Assembly: GCA_023213395.1 (NCBI GenBank)
Contig: CM041465.1
Coordinates: 174,289,741-174,353,740 of the forward strand
Length of the DNA stretch: 64,000 nt
Direction: 5' to 3'
DNA from: Cycas panzhihuaensis
Lineage: Eukaryota; Plantae; Cycadophyta
Within the stretch, counting starts at the first letter, position 1. The number at the start of each line of letters is the position of its first letter. The translations under genes and the position numbers were made by a program. Below are positions 38,079-49,966 of the stretch, in pieces. The notes beneath the pieces were generated by a model. That model worked only from the letters and a program-made list of their open reading frames with translations. It ran no database searches and was not told the DNA's origin.

Positions 38079-38565
38079 ATTAGAGAAGGCGATTAATATT
38101 TAGGGATTGAACAATGTCAAGGAAGCAAAGCATCATTGTGTAGATTACAAGCTATTTTGAATGCTTACAAAAGTGTAGGCTTGGTAAGCTTTGCTAGAAT
38201 GGGCTTTGCAAGTTGAGAACTCACAACAAGCCATGTTTTGAAAAGAAACTCCATGAAAGAGTTCTTGTAAGGGGATGATTTGTGAAGTAAAGAGTTTGTG
38301 AGTGATAAGGGACACATGGATAAATGTTAGTGGATTGCAAAAAGGGGCCTCACTGAAAGAAGATATTGAGAAAGTTAAAGCTATGAAACAAGAAACTCGC
38401 GAGGTAAAAGGATGTGAGGTGAACCACTTGTGAGACGTGGCCGCATCTAGGAATACTCACATCGATGACCTTCTTCACTTCGAATAATAGGATAAATGAT
38501 TAAATTACATATGAGATGCAACAAAGCAAGGCGTGAGGAAAGACCAACCTTTGGGTTAGGGTATA

Positions 38566-41500
38566 TGTTAATGTGGCAGTTAATTATTAAGCCACTTAGT
38601 TAATGTCAATGTGGTTTAACTAAGTGAAAAGGTGTAAAGCCAAAAAGGTGTGACTTATTCAGAGGGTCACAACCCTAATCGAGTGACACCTCTTGGAAGA
38701 ATATAAATGCCTTGAGGCCTTGTTTATTCAATATCTAAGAATCATTGTATCGATTCATTGTGAAATAATGATGTGATCCATCAAGGATCCTTTTGTGGTG
38801 GGTTTATTTCCCAAAAAGGTTTTTCCACGTAAATTTCTGTGTACTGTGCATCTGTTATCTGTGTATATTTGTTTGTTTGTTGTTTATGGTAAAAGATTTT
38901 GCAGTTGGGAACATTTGTGTATGATTTTATGTTCCCGAACATAGTATTAGAGTTGAGGGTCCCTACACAGCTGAAGCCTGACGTTGAGTGGAGCCGTGTG
39001 ATCGTTGGTTGCCAGGTAACACCGTCTGACCTAAGACGAGTCTTGAGGGTCCATCAACTCCAAGAACGTGCACAAGCAGGCACAATGAGTGGTGGTTGAA
39101 ACAATGAAGATCACTATTCAACGGAGAACAAGGGTTCTTTGGAGTCAAATTCAGGCGTGAAGACCACATTTGTGGTTGGGGTTGGCTCGCTGAGGGTCAT
39201 CCGAAGCTGGTTGAAGAATTGTAGCAGGAATTCAAGCTAGTAGAGCACGCGTTGATGGTGATTCAGCGACTATTAAGACAACCAAGCATGTTACACGTAA
39301 GTGGATTTTCTTTCTCAACATAATACTGATAAAATCAAGAGTTCGTTTGCTATCAATATCATAATCTCTGCCTGAGGGAGAGATTGGAGCCTTGATCCAC
39401 TAGTTTTCAGCCCTTAAGATGATGGTAGACTACACACATAGTTGTAAATATTGATATTAGATATAGAATGAGCTTGTGTTTGAATGTTGGTGACTTTGTA
39501 TGAGTATAAACCTGTAATTGGGTAACTGTCCAATTGATTTAAGCTTGCAACAACTACGTAAGAGTTGGCTGGTAGTATAGCTGGGCTAGTTATGTCCCTT
39601 ATTGTGGCTTACCTTCACTAATATAAGCACTAGACTGCATTTGAGGTCTGCCTACTATTGGTTGGGCGCATCTTAGTATCTATTGGCTTGTCCAAGCGTA
39701 TTTGGAGGTGGTGCGGGTCCATTTAGAGGAGGCTGGGCACTGTATAGGCCTCATACGAGCCGTATCATCGTGAACCGACCCTGTTTCCTCAGCTGCTGGT
39801 TTATTTGTGGGAGTGCAGGTCCGTGTATTATGTGCTGGTTCGCAGGGATGTGTGTGGGGTTTAATGGCTGCGGCATGATCAAAGAGAAGTGCAGAGATAT
39901 AAAAAGTCGTATTTCTTCTATAGTCTAAACCTTAGACTATAGACAATATAACTTAGCACATGCTTATTTGGTATTTACCCATGTGCTTTAAGTGAAAAGT
40001 CATGGGCCTTCTCTTAAAGTCGCACTTTTCTAGAATATGCCTTTTAGCATATTCTCCCTATTGAAAGTTTATAAAAAGGACCCTTAGTATTGATATTAAA
40101 CATCATATTTTACCTATTGTGAGTGTATTTGGAGTATTCTTGGTCCATTTTGAGCACGGATCGAGGAGATCTTTTGTGATTTAGACTTGGAGACCGTGCA
40201 CTATAGTTGTGTGAAACCATCCTTTGTTCTTGGAGCATTGTTTTGAGTGCCTTAAAGGTCATTTTAACACCTTTTTAGGGTATTTTAAGGTCGTTTGTTG
40301 ACTGTTGATGAGACATAAACAGTTGGTGGCTCACTTAACGTGGGTATAATCGGTGTTGGGTGCCCTTGGAAGCATGCTTATTAGCTCGAGGAGAACACAG
40401 GGGTACAATTTTGTCCTACAGACATTTGTTCTGGTATCGATTGTTTCGTATTGAAGCCCATTTTTCGAAGATGGAGCGCATTATGCCCAAAGTTATCTTC
40501 AATGGTAACAATTTTAGCGAGTGGAAGGCCAATATGGAACTTATTCTAATGGTGAATCAACTCAGGGGAATCACCAAGGCAAAAGTAGACGCGATTCCAT
40601 TAGACCATAAGGAGTGAATTTATCTTGAAGAGAAGCAATTTAGGGCTGTGGGATTGTTGAAACTGTCACTGGCGTCAGACCGGAGAGCATTGGTTTATAA
40701 TCTAGACAAACCGACTGAGATATGGAAAAAACTATGTGATATGTTTGAAAAGAAGTAGACGAATAGATGTCTTGCATTGATGTTAGTATTTCTCAACTCG
40801 CGTGTGGAAGATGAGAACAACATCAACTCCTACCTGAACAAGATTATAGACTTGAAGAATAAGCTAGAGGAACTGAAGCCAAACTCGATCGATGATGCAT
40901 TGTTGTTTGCAATAATTATGTCGAAACTGTTGGCTGCCTTCGCCACATTCCAAACCATTTATGATAGAGATGAAGTGATGGAAGCAGAGACGTTTGACGG
41001 GCTTTAAAACCTGATTCTAGCAGAGGATGCCAAGCTCAAACATCATGGTATGCTCAGAGGTTCTGGTTCAAGTCAGGCCTTAGTTATGAAAACTCAGAGG
41101 AAGGAGGCCACTAAGGAGGAGAAGATCACACAGAGTTCAGGAGAAAGTTCTCAAGACAAAAAGAAGTTCAACGGGAAATGCAATTACTGTAAAAAGGATG
41201 GTCATCGCGAGAAGAACTGTTAGTTCAAGCGTCGTAACAAGCGCAAAGTCAACTAATGATAAAGGGAAGAACATTGCTGTGCACTGTGTCTGAGCAAAAG
41301 CCTTATCAGCCGAATCAGATCAGAGAGAATATTGGGTGCTTGACTCTAGAGCATAGAAGCACATTTCTTATGAGAGGCGAAACTTTGATACGATGACTTC
41401 AAATCAAAATGGTGTTGAGATTGTCCTTGGAGATGCTCACGTCTTGCCGGTAGAAGGTATTGATGAAGTTTCCATCGTATGAGGTAAATTTACTGGGGTG

Positions 41501-44500
41501 TATTATGTACCAAAGATGCAGTTGAACCTTCTTTCAGCCTGGGAGATTTGTAAACAAGGTATGAAGGTGGAGCTCTATCATGACAAATGCCTGATTAAGG
41601 ATCTGAAACAGAACTTTGCTGTCATAGCTACTAGGAAGGTCAGGGACAACTTCTAGGTGTTTGAAAAGTTTCAGTTTTAGAAGAAGTCCTACGCCTTTGT
41701 TGCCAGCGCGGATGACGTAAGTTGTCGCACAACTGCCTAAGTCACCTTAATTACTGGAGTATTGTATTGATGAAGAGGTTAAAGATGGTGGAAGGATTGC
41801 TGTTAGTTACCTACTTAGATAGTGTGTGTGAAAGATGTATGTATGGCAAGCACCATTGCTACCCTTTTGCTCGGGATAATGCCTAGAGAGCCAAGGAGAA
41901 ACTGGAGCTTGTACATTCAGACATAATGGGTCCTCTTCCTAACCCTTTGATGTTTAGAGTTCGTTATACCCTTATTTTTGTAGATGACTACACCAGGAAG
42001 CCCTGGGTTTACTTTCTCAAGAACAAGTCAGACGTGTTTGATCGCATTTGTGACTGGAAAGCGATGGTTGAAAATGAATGTGATAAGAAAATAAAGTCAT
42101 TAAGAAGTGATAATGGCAAGGAATACGACAACAATGTGTTCAATCAATTTTGCTGCGATCATGGTATAAAGTGGGAATTTATAGTCCCGTATACCCCACA
42201 ATAGAATGGAGTTGCTGAAATAAAGAACCGTACCATGATGGAGATGGCGAGGTATATGGTGCATGTTAAAAACTTGTTACTAAAGTTTTGGGCAGAAGCT
42301 GTGGCGACTGTTGGTTATATTTTGAACGGGGTATCCACTCAAGTTGTTCGCAGCATGACGCCCAAAGAAAAATGGACCGGTCGTAAGCATATCATTAGCC
42401 ATTTAAGAATGTTTGGGTGTATCACGTACGCCCACATCCCAGATGATACCCAAAAGAAGTTGGATTGGAAAAGTCTAAAGTGCATATTCATGGGGTATTG
42501 CACCGAGAATAAAGCCTATAGACTATGGGATCCACAAGGGGAGAAGATTGTGGTTAGTCGGGATATCAAATTTGATGAGACATTGACGTATCATGTTGAC
42601 CAATCATCAGAGGAGCTTTTTTCCCCCTCCTCCTTCTCCCATTCCTGGATTCATCAAGTGAAGAAGACAATGAGTCAGTCGCCGAAACACCTGATGAAGC
42701 AGGATCAAGTGGGACGAGTAATAGTGAGGAGCTACCACGAGTTGAAGTACCTCTAGCAATAGGTCCTTCAATACCTTTATGGGCAAAGAAGACTTTAGAA
42801 GATTCTGGTGTGGCGATGCATACCTTAATTGATAATCGAAGAACACAAAGCCAACATGCCAGTCAAACTCTGCTGGTAGACACCGACTCCAATGATCTTG
42901 ATTTGTTCAATGAAGCGAAAGAAGATCCAAGATGGAGAGCTACAATGGAGGAGGAGTATAGTTCTCTGTTGAAGAATGACACGTGGGATTTAGTTTGACT
43001 ACCTCCAACAAAGAATCATATAGGATGCAAGTGGGTCTACAAGACAAAGTTCTACTCTGATGGAGAGGTGGATAAATTGAAGACCAGACTTGTTGCGTAG
43101 GGATTTAAGCAGAAAGAAGGAATTGACTATGAGGAGACATTTGCATCAGTCCCTAGAATGAGAACAATCTGTTTGTTGATTTCCTTAACAGCAGCTTATG
43201 GTTGGGAGTTACATCAGATGGACGTAAAGTCTGTATTCCTTAATGGAGATTTAAAGGAGAAAATATATATGTCGCAGCCTCTGGGATTCGTTAAGGATGG
43301 CCAGGGGCATCTTATATGCCGTTTGAAAAAGTTAATCTATGGCTTGAAACAAGCACCTTGTGCTTGGCATGAAAAGATGGATGCAAAATTGAAAACTGGA
43401 GGTTTCAAGATTTTTGAACTCGACCCAAATTTGTATGTGAAGAGAAGAGGGACTTCAATAGTAGCTTGCGTGGTGTATGTGGATGATTTGGTCATTGGGG
43501 TAACTATGGCAAGGCTATTGCTAAAGTCAAATCTAATCTGGGAGCTTCATTTAACATGACAGACCTTGAGAGACTTCACTACTTCTTGGGCATTCAGGTT
43601 ACGCAGATGGATGATATGATCGTGTTGTTGTAGTCGTAGTATGTGAAAAACTTGTTGGAGAAATTTGGAATGCAAAATTGCAAACCAGTTGCAACACCAT
43701 GTGTAAAAGATGCAGAGTTACAGAAGGATATGGCCAAGCCCTCTGTAGATGGCACAAAGTATCGCCAATTGGTAGGGAGTCTGATCTATTTGACTCATAC
43801 TAGGCCTGATATCACATACAATGTCGGGTTGGTTTCCTGCTACATGTAGAATGCTCAGGAACCTCATTTGGTTGTAGTGAAGTAGATTTTGAAGTATTTG
43901 AAGGGGACTATCAATCTTGGTCTCAAATACCGTCGAGGTGAAGAGATACAATCACATGGCTACACAGATGCTGATTGGGGAGGAGATTCCGACGATCGAA
44001 AGTCCACTGCTGGATACTTGTTTGGTGTTGGCAATGGATTTGTTTCGTGGCAGTCAAAGAAGTAGTAGACAATGGCACTCTCTTCTACAGAGGCAGAATA
44101 TCAAGGACTTAGTGTGGGTGTGAAAGAAGCCGCATGGTTACAAGGTCTCTTGGAGTTTCAAATGGACACTTGGTTATCTTTGTTGATAACCAAAGTATCA
44201 TTCGCCTATCAAAGAATCTAGAGTTTCATGTGCGTACGAAACACGTTGAGATTTAACACCATTATATTCGTGAACATATCGAATTAGGGAAGCTGTAGAT
44301 CGACTACTGTCCAAGTGAATTCCAGCTTGCGGACGTGTTCACCAAACCTCTCATTGAAGATTAATTCATAAAGATACGTACTAGACTTGTACTCACCAAT
44401 GTTATCCTTGAGGGAGAATGTATTGACAAGGATAAAGAAGCTGTAGGATAGTCCTGACTTTCATAATAACATAACTGTTGCAATTGATAGGCTCTCCACA

Positions 44501-44893
44501 TTTACATTAAGGGGGGATGTTAATGTGGTATTTAATTATTAAGCCACTTAGTTAATGTTAATATGGTTTAATTAAGTGAAAATGTGTGAAGTCGAAAATG
44601 TGCGACTTATTAGGAGGGTCACAACCTTAATCGAGTGACATCTCTTGGGAGAATATAAATGCTTCAAAGCCTTGGGTAGTTAATATCCAAGAATCATTGT
44701 ATCGATTCATAGTGAAATAATCAAGTGATCCATCAAGGATCTTTTTGTGGTGGTTTTTTTTCCCAAAAGGGTTTTCCCACGTAAATTCTTGTGTACTATG
44801 TATTTGTTATCTGTGTATATTTATTTGCTTGTTGTATATGGTAAAAGATTATGCATTTGGGAATATTTGTGTATGATTTCATGTTCCCGAACA
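38566..44893 (+). mobile_element. Full-length Ty1/Copia family A copy 2 (6.33 kb), degenerate
   Basis: 376-bp LTRs 38566-38941 and 44518-44893 (~88% identical by eye); TSD GTATA at 38561-38565 and 44894-44898; decayed PBS TAGTATTAGAG 38942-38952; PPT AAGGGGGGA 44509-44517. Confidence 0.97.
40471..44410 (+). pseudogene. Copia A2 gag-pol, many stops
   Basis: MERIMPKVIFNGNNFSEWK gag start; FVDDYTRK, LRSDNGKEY; HQMDVKSVFLNGDL, VYVDDL; RH remnants. Confidence 0.92.
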
Positions 44894-45825
44894 GTATATG
44901 TGGTAGCATCTAGAGGACTTTGCACTTTGGCTTTACATTGAATTGCGATAATGAAAAAGGATTTGGTGATTTATACGAGTTGCAAGGAAAGCTTATGACA
45001 AAGGAAATAAATCAAGACCATTCGATGAAGGCCACATGGTGACCATTGAGGTGTTTCACTAATGAATAACTTGCAGCCATGGTAGAAGGGCAAATTGGTA
45101 TGGCTTAAGATATTATTGAGTGAGTGAGGCGTAGGGCTGCTAGGAAAGAATAACCACTTGATGGAGGACATGTGGCAACCATTCAAACACTTTGTAGTTG
45201 ATGAGTTCACGATTGGGTAAAAGGGTGAATTTGATCATAGTTCAAAGGTATCAACAAGGCATGAGGTTGTGAGGAAATAATAGCACTTAAAGATGCATTT
45301 ATCTTTTAATGTGACAGGGCAGTGAATATTCGAGCGTGTGAAGATTGTGGTCGTTGTGGGTGTTCATCTATCAAAATTTAACTATTTCTCCTCTATGTCA
45401 TTCTTTATTCATGATGAAATTCATCTGTAGAGAGAAGAGTGAGCATCAACATAGAATTTGTAGAAAACCAAAGGAGTGGAATTGTTTAGTTCAATTTGCA
45501 TTCATAATTGGAATACTCTGTAAACATGACAATAATCAATAATGCTGTAATCAACTACAAGACACAAGACTCAGATAATTTTAAAGTGGAGAATAATTCA
45601 TAGAGTGATTTATGGTGAGAAGGATTGGTGCAAGTAAGCATGGATCCTTTAATCTTTCCATGTCCCAAGCTAGTGTGCATGCTTTCTCAATTTCTCAAGC
45701 CAAAAAAGAGGAGCATTGCCAACACAAAACACTAGGTAATTTGTGATCTCTCACCCAATAATTTTCAAAGAATATTTTGTCTTCCTCTACTTGGGGTCAT
45801 TTATCATAAAATTTAGCTTGAGCAA

Positions 45826-48431
45826 TGTAGCAATCTTATAGAATTCTTCTAAGAAAATTTACATAAATAGGTAAAATATCCACCAAATATACTTGCAAAA
45901 TATTCAATCAAGAAAGAAATAATACAAATCCATTTGAATACTTATGGCATACAAAATATAAAGTAGTACAATATGAAAATAAATTGGATAGATACATGAT
46001 TACCAAATGACTCTGTAATTATGGTTGATAAAGAATCCCTTTTCGAGGCAAGGTACCCTCCACAAAGCTCCTCAAAAGGGCAAGAAATATTACAGTTTAA
46101 GACTTCTATGATGGTCTAAAATAAGGTTACAAATCCTCCTTAAATAGGCAGGCAAACGATAATAATAGAAGTCGGCCAGAAAAGGGAAATAAACTTGCCC
46201 AAAACTAATACTAGAAGTCAGCCATAACTCCTCTAAAAACTAGCAGGCTGAAAACTTTAAACGGTCATAACTTTTGATACAAATGTCAGAATTAACTTTC
46301 GTCTGGACCATTGGAATCCCCATTGAGAGCTCTTTGATTTGAATGGTCATATAGTATAGTTTTGACTATATTTTGAAATGCTACAATTCCCCTCCCCTTA
46401 AAATAATACTTCGCCCTCGAAATATTGAGAAATGCTTGTAGCTCCGTTTAATCTTCCAAGCACTTCTTGCTAGATCTTGTAGGTCGTGAAGATTTGGTTC
46501 GATCTTGTGTCTTCTATGGAGCTTTGCTAGCAGGCATCTTGAATTTGTCGATGTTTGTTCCTGGGGCTAGGTACATGCTGTATCTTGTTCTACATCGGGA
46601 GTATCCTGGGACTTGTGAGGTGTCTCAACTATCTTGTCCTAGTCTTGCCTTGTGTTTGTACATTTTGTTTTCGAATGAAATGATTTATAGAAGGAGAAAT
46701 GAGAATTTGGTAAAAAAAATTGATCGTAAGGTGGAATTATGAACTGAAATCAAGCATAATTTTGAAGGTATAGGAAGAGGATAAATTTTGAAATATACTT
46801 TGGATGGAGATGAAAATTTGTGCAGGTTTTGTTGGACCACAACACTTTTTGGGGGAGAGAGTGAGAGATGGGGAATCGGCGATAGATGTTCTTTATGAAA
46901 GAAATATTTTAATAGGTTTTTAGGAATGGTGTTTAGACAAAAAAAAAAAAAAGAAAAAGAAAAAAACAATATTGATGATATGAAATTTAAGGGGTTTGGA
47001 AAAAATCGAACGAGGTTTTGTAAGCGGTAATATTAAGAGATGAAACGTGACGAACAGATTGAAGTTGTGGAGTATCTTGTTGAGGATGATCTATAGGGAG
47101 TGAAAGAGTATATGAGTAAAGGGATGAACTAGGGTTGTAAACAGGAATTGGGATTTGACCTACGAAAAAATTAAAGTTAAGGGAATTATGATTATGGCTA
47201 ACTATGGGATTTGGAAAAGAAAAATTTGAGCGAGGAAAAGTGGGAGGATAAATAATGTTACCAAAAGAAATATGCATGTGTAACACAAGATTGCTGAGTA
47301 CCTTACATGTAGTTTGTTGAGATTCTTCTTCAAAGTCTACTTGTTCTTCGTTGTCCTCATACTGTCCTTGAGAAACTTCACTTTGTATTTCTTCTGTGAT
47401 ATTGTCTGGAGAATGTTCTATTGTTTGTGCCAGCTTCAAGTCTTCTATGTAGTTATGTTGTTCCTTTTGTAGAATCTCCTCATTAATAGTTTCTTTTTCT
47501 TATCCTTCCTCTTCTGCTTGAGTCATATCTTGCTTATACCTCGTGAAAGCTGTGATAGTCGCCTCTGAAAACTAGTACTGTAAAAAAGTTCTTTAGCCCA
47601 ATTAATGAACCAGTCATAAGCTTGTCCGTTCAATATCATTTCTAATATACTCTTCAAATTCTATATTAGACGTGAACTCGAAATCTTCTATCAATTTTTT
47701 CATGCCCTCATAATCCTCTAAATTAAAAAAAATTGTCTCAATTTTTCTCTTTAAGCTCTATATGTTCCAAGTGTTCTTATGTTTTGCTATAGATCATGAT
47801 ATCATCAAAGAAAACCAACATGAATCGCCTCATAACATGTTTTAATATTGAATCGACTTTTTTGAGCTTTTATCTCTAACCTTTTCCTTCGAAATGAAGC
47901 TCTCATACCACTTGTAGCAATCTTATATAATTTTTCTAAGAAATTTTACAAAAATCGATAAAATATCTATCAAATGCACTTGCAAAATATTCAATCAAGA
48001 AAGAAATAATACAAATCCACTTGAATACTTATGGCATACAAAATATAAAGTAGTACAAAATGAAAATAAACTGGATAGGTATAGGATTACTAGATGACTC
48101 TGCAATTATGGTTGATAAAGAATCCCTCTTCGAGGTGAGGTACCCTCCACAAAGCTCTTCAAAAAGGTCAAAAATATTGTAGTCTAAGATTTCTCCGATG
48201 ATCCAAAATGAGGTCGCAAATCCTCCTTAAATAGGCGGCCAAAAGATAGTAATAGAAGTCGGCTGGAAAAGGGGAATAAATCTGTCCAAAACTAATACTG
48301 GAAGTTGGTCATAACTCCTCAAAAAACTAGCAGGCTGAAAACTTTAAATGGTCATAACTTTTGATATAGATGTCAGAATTAACTTTCATCTGGACCATTG
48401 GAATCATCGTTCAGAGCCTTTTGATTTGAAT
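45826..48431 (-). mobile_element. Non-autonomous Gypsy-derived element H (560-bp LTRs, 1.5-kb interior)
   Basis: 3' LTR 45826-46385 (TGTAGCA...TGCTACA); 5' LTR 47913-~48431 (outer ~40 bp missing); PBS TGGTATGAGAGC 47910-47899; PPT AAGGGGAGGGGAA at ~46387-46399. Confidence 0.85.
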
Positions 48432-48974
48432 CATCTGTTAATATCTTTCTTCTGAGTGATAGCCTCTACAGTCTTCTTAGGGGATGGATTTAAAAAAAGA
48501 GAGCTTTGAAGCACATTTCTACAACCATGATAGACGACGAGGAGTTCCTGAAGCACTGGAACTGTTCTTCCAGGAGATGATGATCAACGTTTACAAGCTC
48601 CTATGATCTTGCAGAGCAGATCGAAGCAGTTTCAGAACAAGGATTTTGAAGTGGCTATGTTAAAGACTGACAAGTATGATCCCTTGTTATTAATGTCAGT
48701 AGCTATTGGGGGTAGATGATAAGGGACGCTACATGGTGGCATTAAGAGTAGCCTTTAATTCGTCCAATTTGAGCGCTGTGATGCTTCCTGTAGTCATGGA
48801 AACCACCCAAATGGTTTCCAGTTTCCAGTTATTACAATCTACTTTGTGGAAGGATATCCTAACATAAAAATGATCTCACACTTGAAGTTGTCAATTGTCT
48901 TCGGCTTGATCATACGCGCAGATCATTTGGGAGGCAGTAGCTGGAGTTGTTGAATAGACCCACAAGGTGTGCAG

Positions 48975-49045
48975 AAGCCAAATAATATAATCTTTTGTCT
49001 ACAGGAATGGGCCATCTCATCCCTTTTATAGAGTTTGCCAAACAT
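48975..49045 (+). pseudogene. UDP-glycosyltransferase N-terminal fragment (GMGHLIP motif)
   Basis: KP..I.(frameshift)LSTGMGHLIPFIEFAKH matches the family-1 plant UGT catalytic-His motif; the rest of the protein is not recognisable. Confidence 0.5.
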
Positions 49046-49966
49046 GGTATCTGTGAAGGCTATTCACGAACCATCTTCTGTTTAGTGTGTGAAGTTTGTT
49101 CCACCTTGAAGGAGATTGTCATGTGCTTGTCTATCCCTTCCCATTCTTGGTCTCTGATATACAAAGAAGGTTGGCACAAGATAACCTCGACGCTGAAGAT
49201 CCATCAATAGGTTAGGAGAACGCTCACTCTGTAGGCAGTTTTACATGGTTCCAGGGTTCATAGTGCATGCCTTGAAATGCAGGGCAGAGGCACAGAGATT
49301 TTGTCCTTAGGGAAGGTGGCCCTTAGAAGTGCGATTATAGAGAGAAATCAAAAGTACATATATCATGGTGCTTCATCAAATTTACCCGAATCAGGAAGAT
49401 ACTGAGAAGATGCTTCAATAGGTTTGACAAAATCAAACATCATGCTTACTTGAATCAAGCAAACAAAAGGAGAAAATAAGGAGGCAATGAAATCCAATAC
49501 CTGAAGATTTCATCTATGAACAATAAAGCTCACTTCACAGAGGTAAACCAACTTGCAAGAGTAAGGTTACTGTTGCTACAGACCTCTGCTATATCAAATT
49601 CTACTTTGTTATTTAGAAGCTATGACATGTATGAAGGAATTCTGCTTCCTGTCTAAAGTCTGAAACTTGGGAAAACTATCCTGAAATTCATGAACTTTGT
49701 TGACTATCCTAAAATTCATTAACTGTGTTGATTGAATTTTGTTGGTAAGGTTTTGTTTCACAAATATTTTGCTAAAAATAATTTGGGTTTGCTAAAACTA
49801 TAAGATCTCTGCAATTTAGCTTGCTCTGCTCTACACTACGCAGATTATTCATCAAGAACAAATATTCTGGTTGGCATTTGAAGATATTCATTGCTATTTT
49901 TGATGAAGTTATTTATTCAAAGCTGATGCATGGATGATGTGCTTGTGATTAATTTAGTCTCACATC

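Noticed and set aside
44899-45420. Possible very old Gypsy pol remnant flanking A2 (also 38090-38560)
   Set aside because: Only a weak IVVVV-like hint; too decayed to support a call.
49675-49730. 28-bp tandem duplication
   Set aside because: Real but trivial slippage duplication with no further structure.
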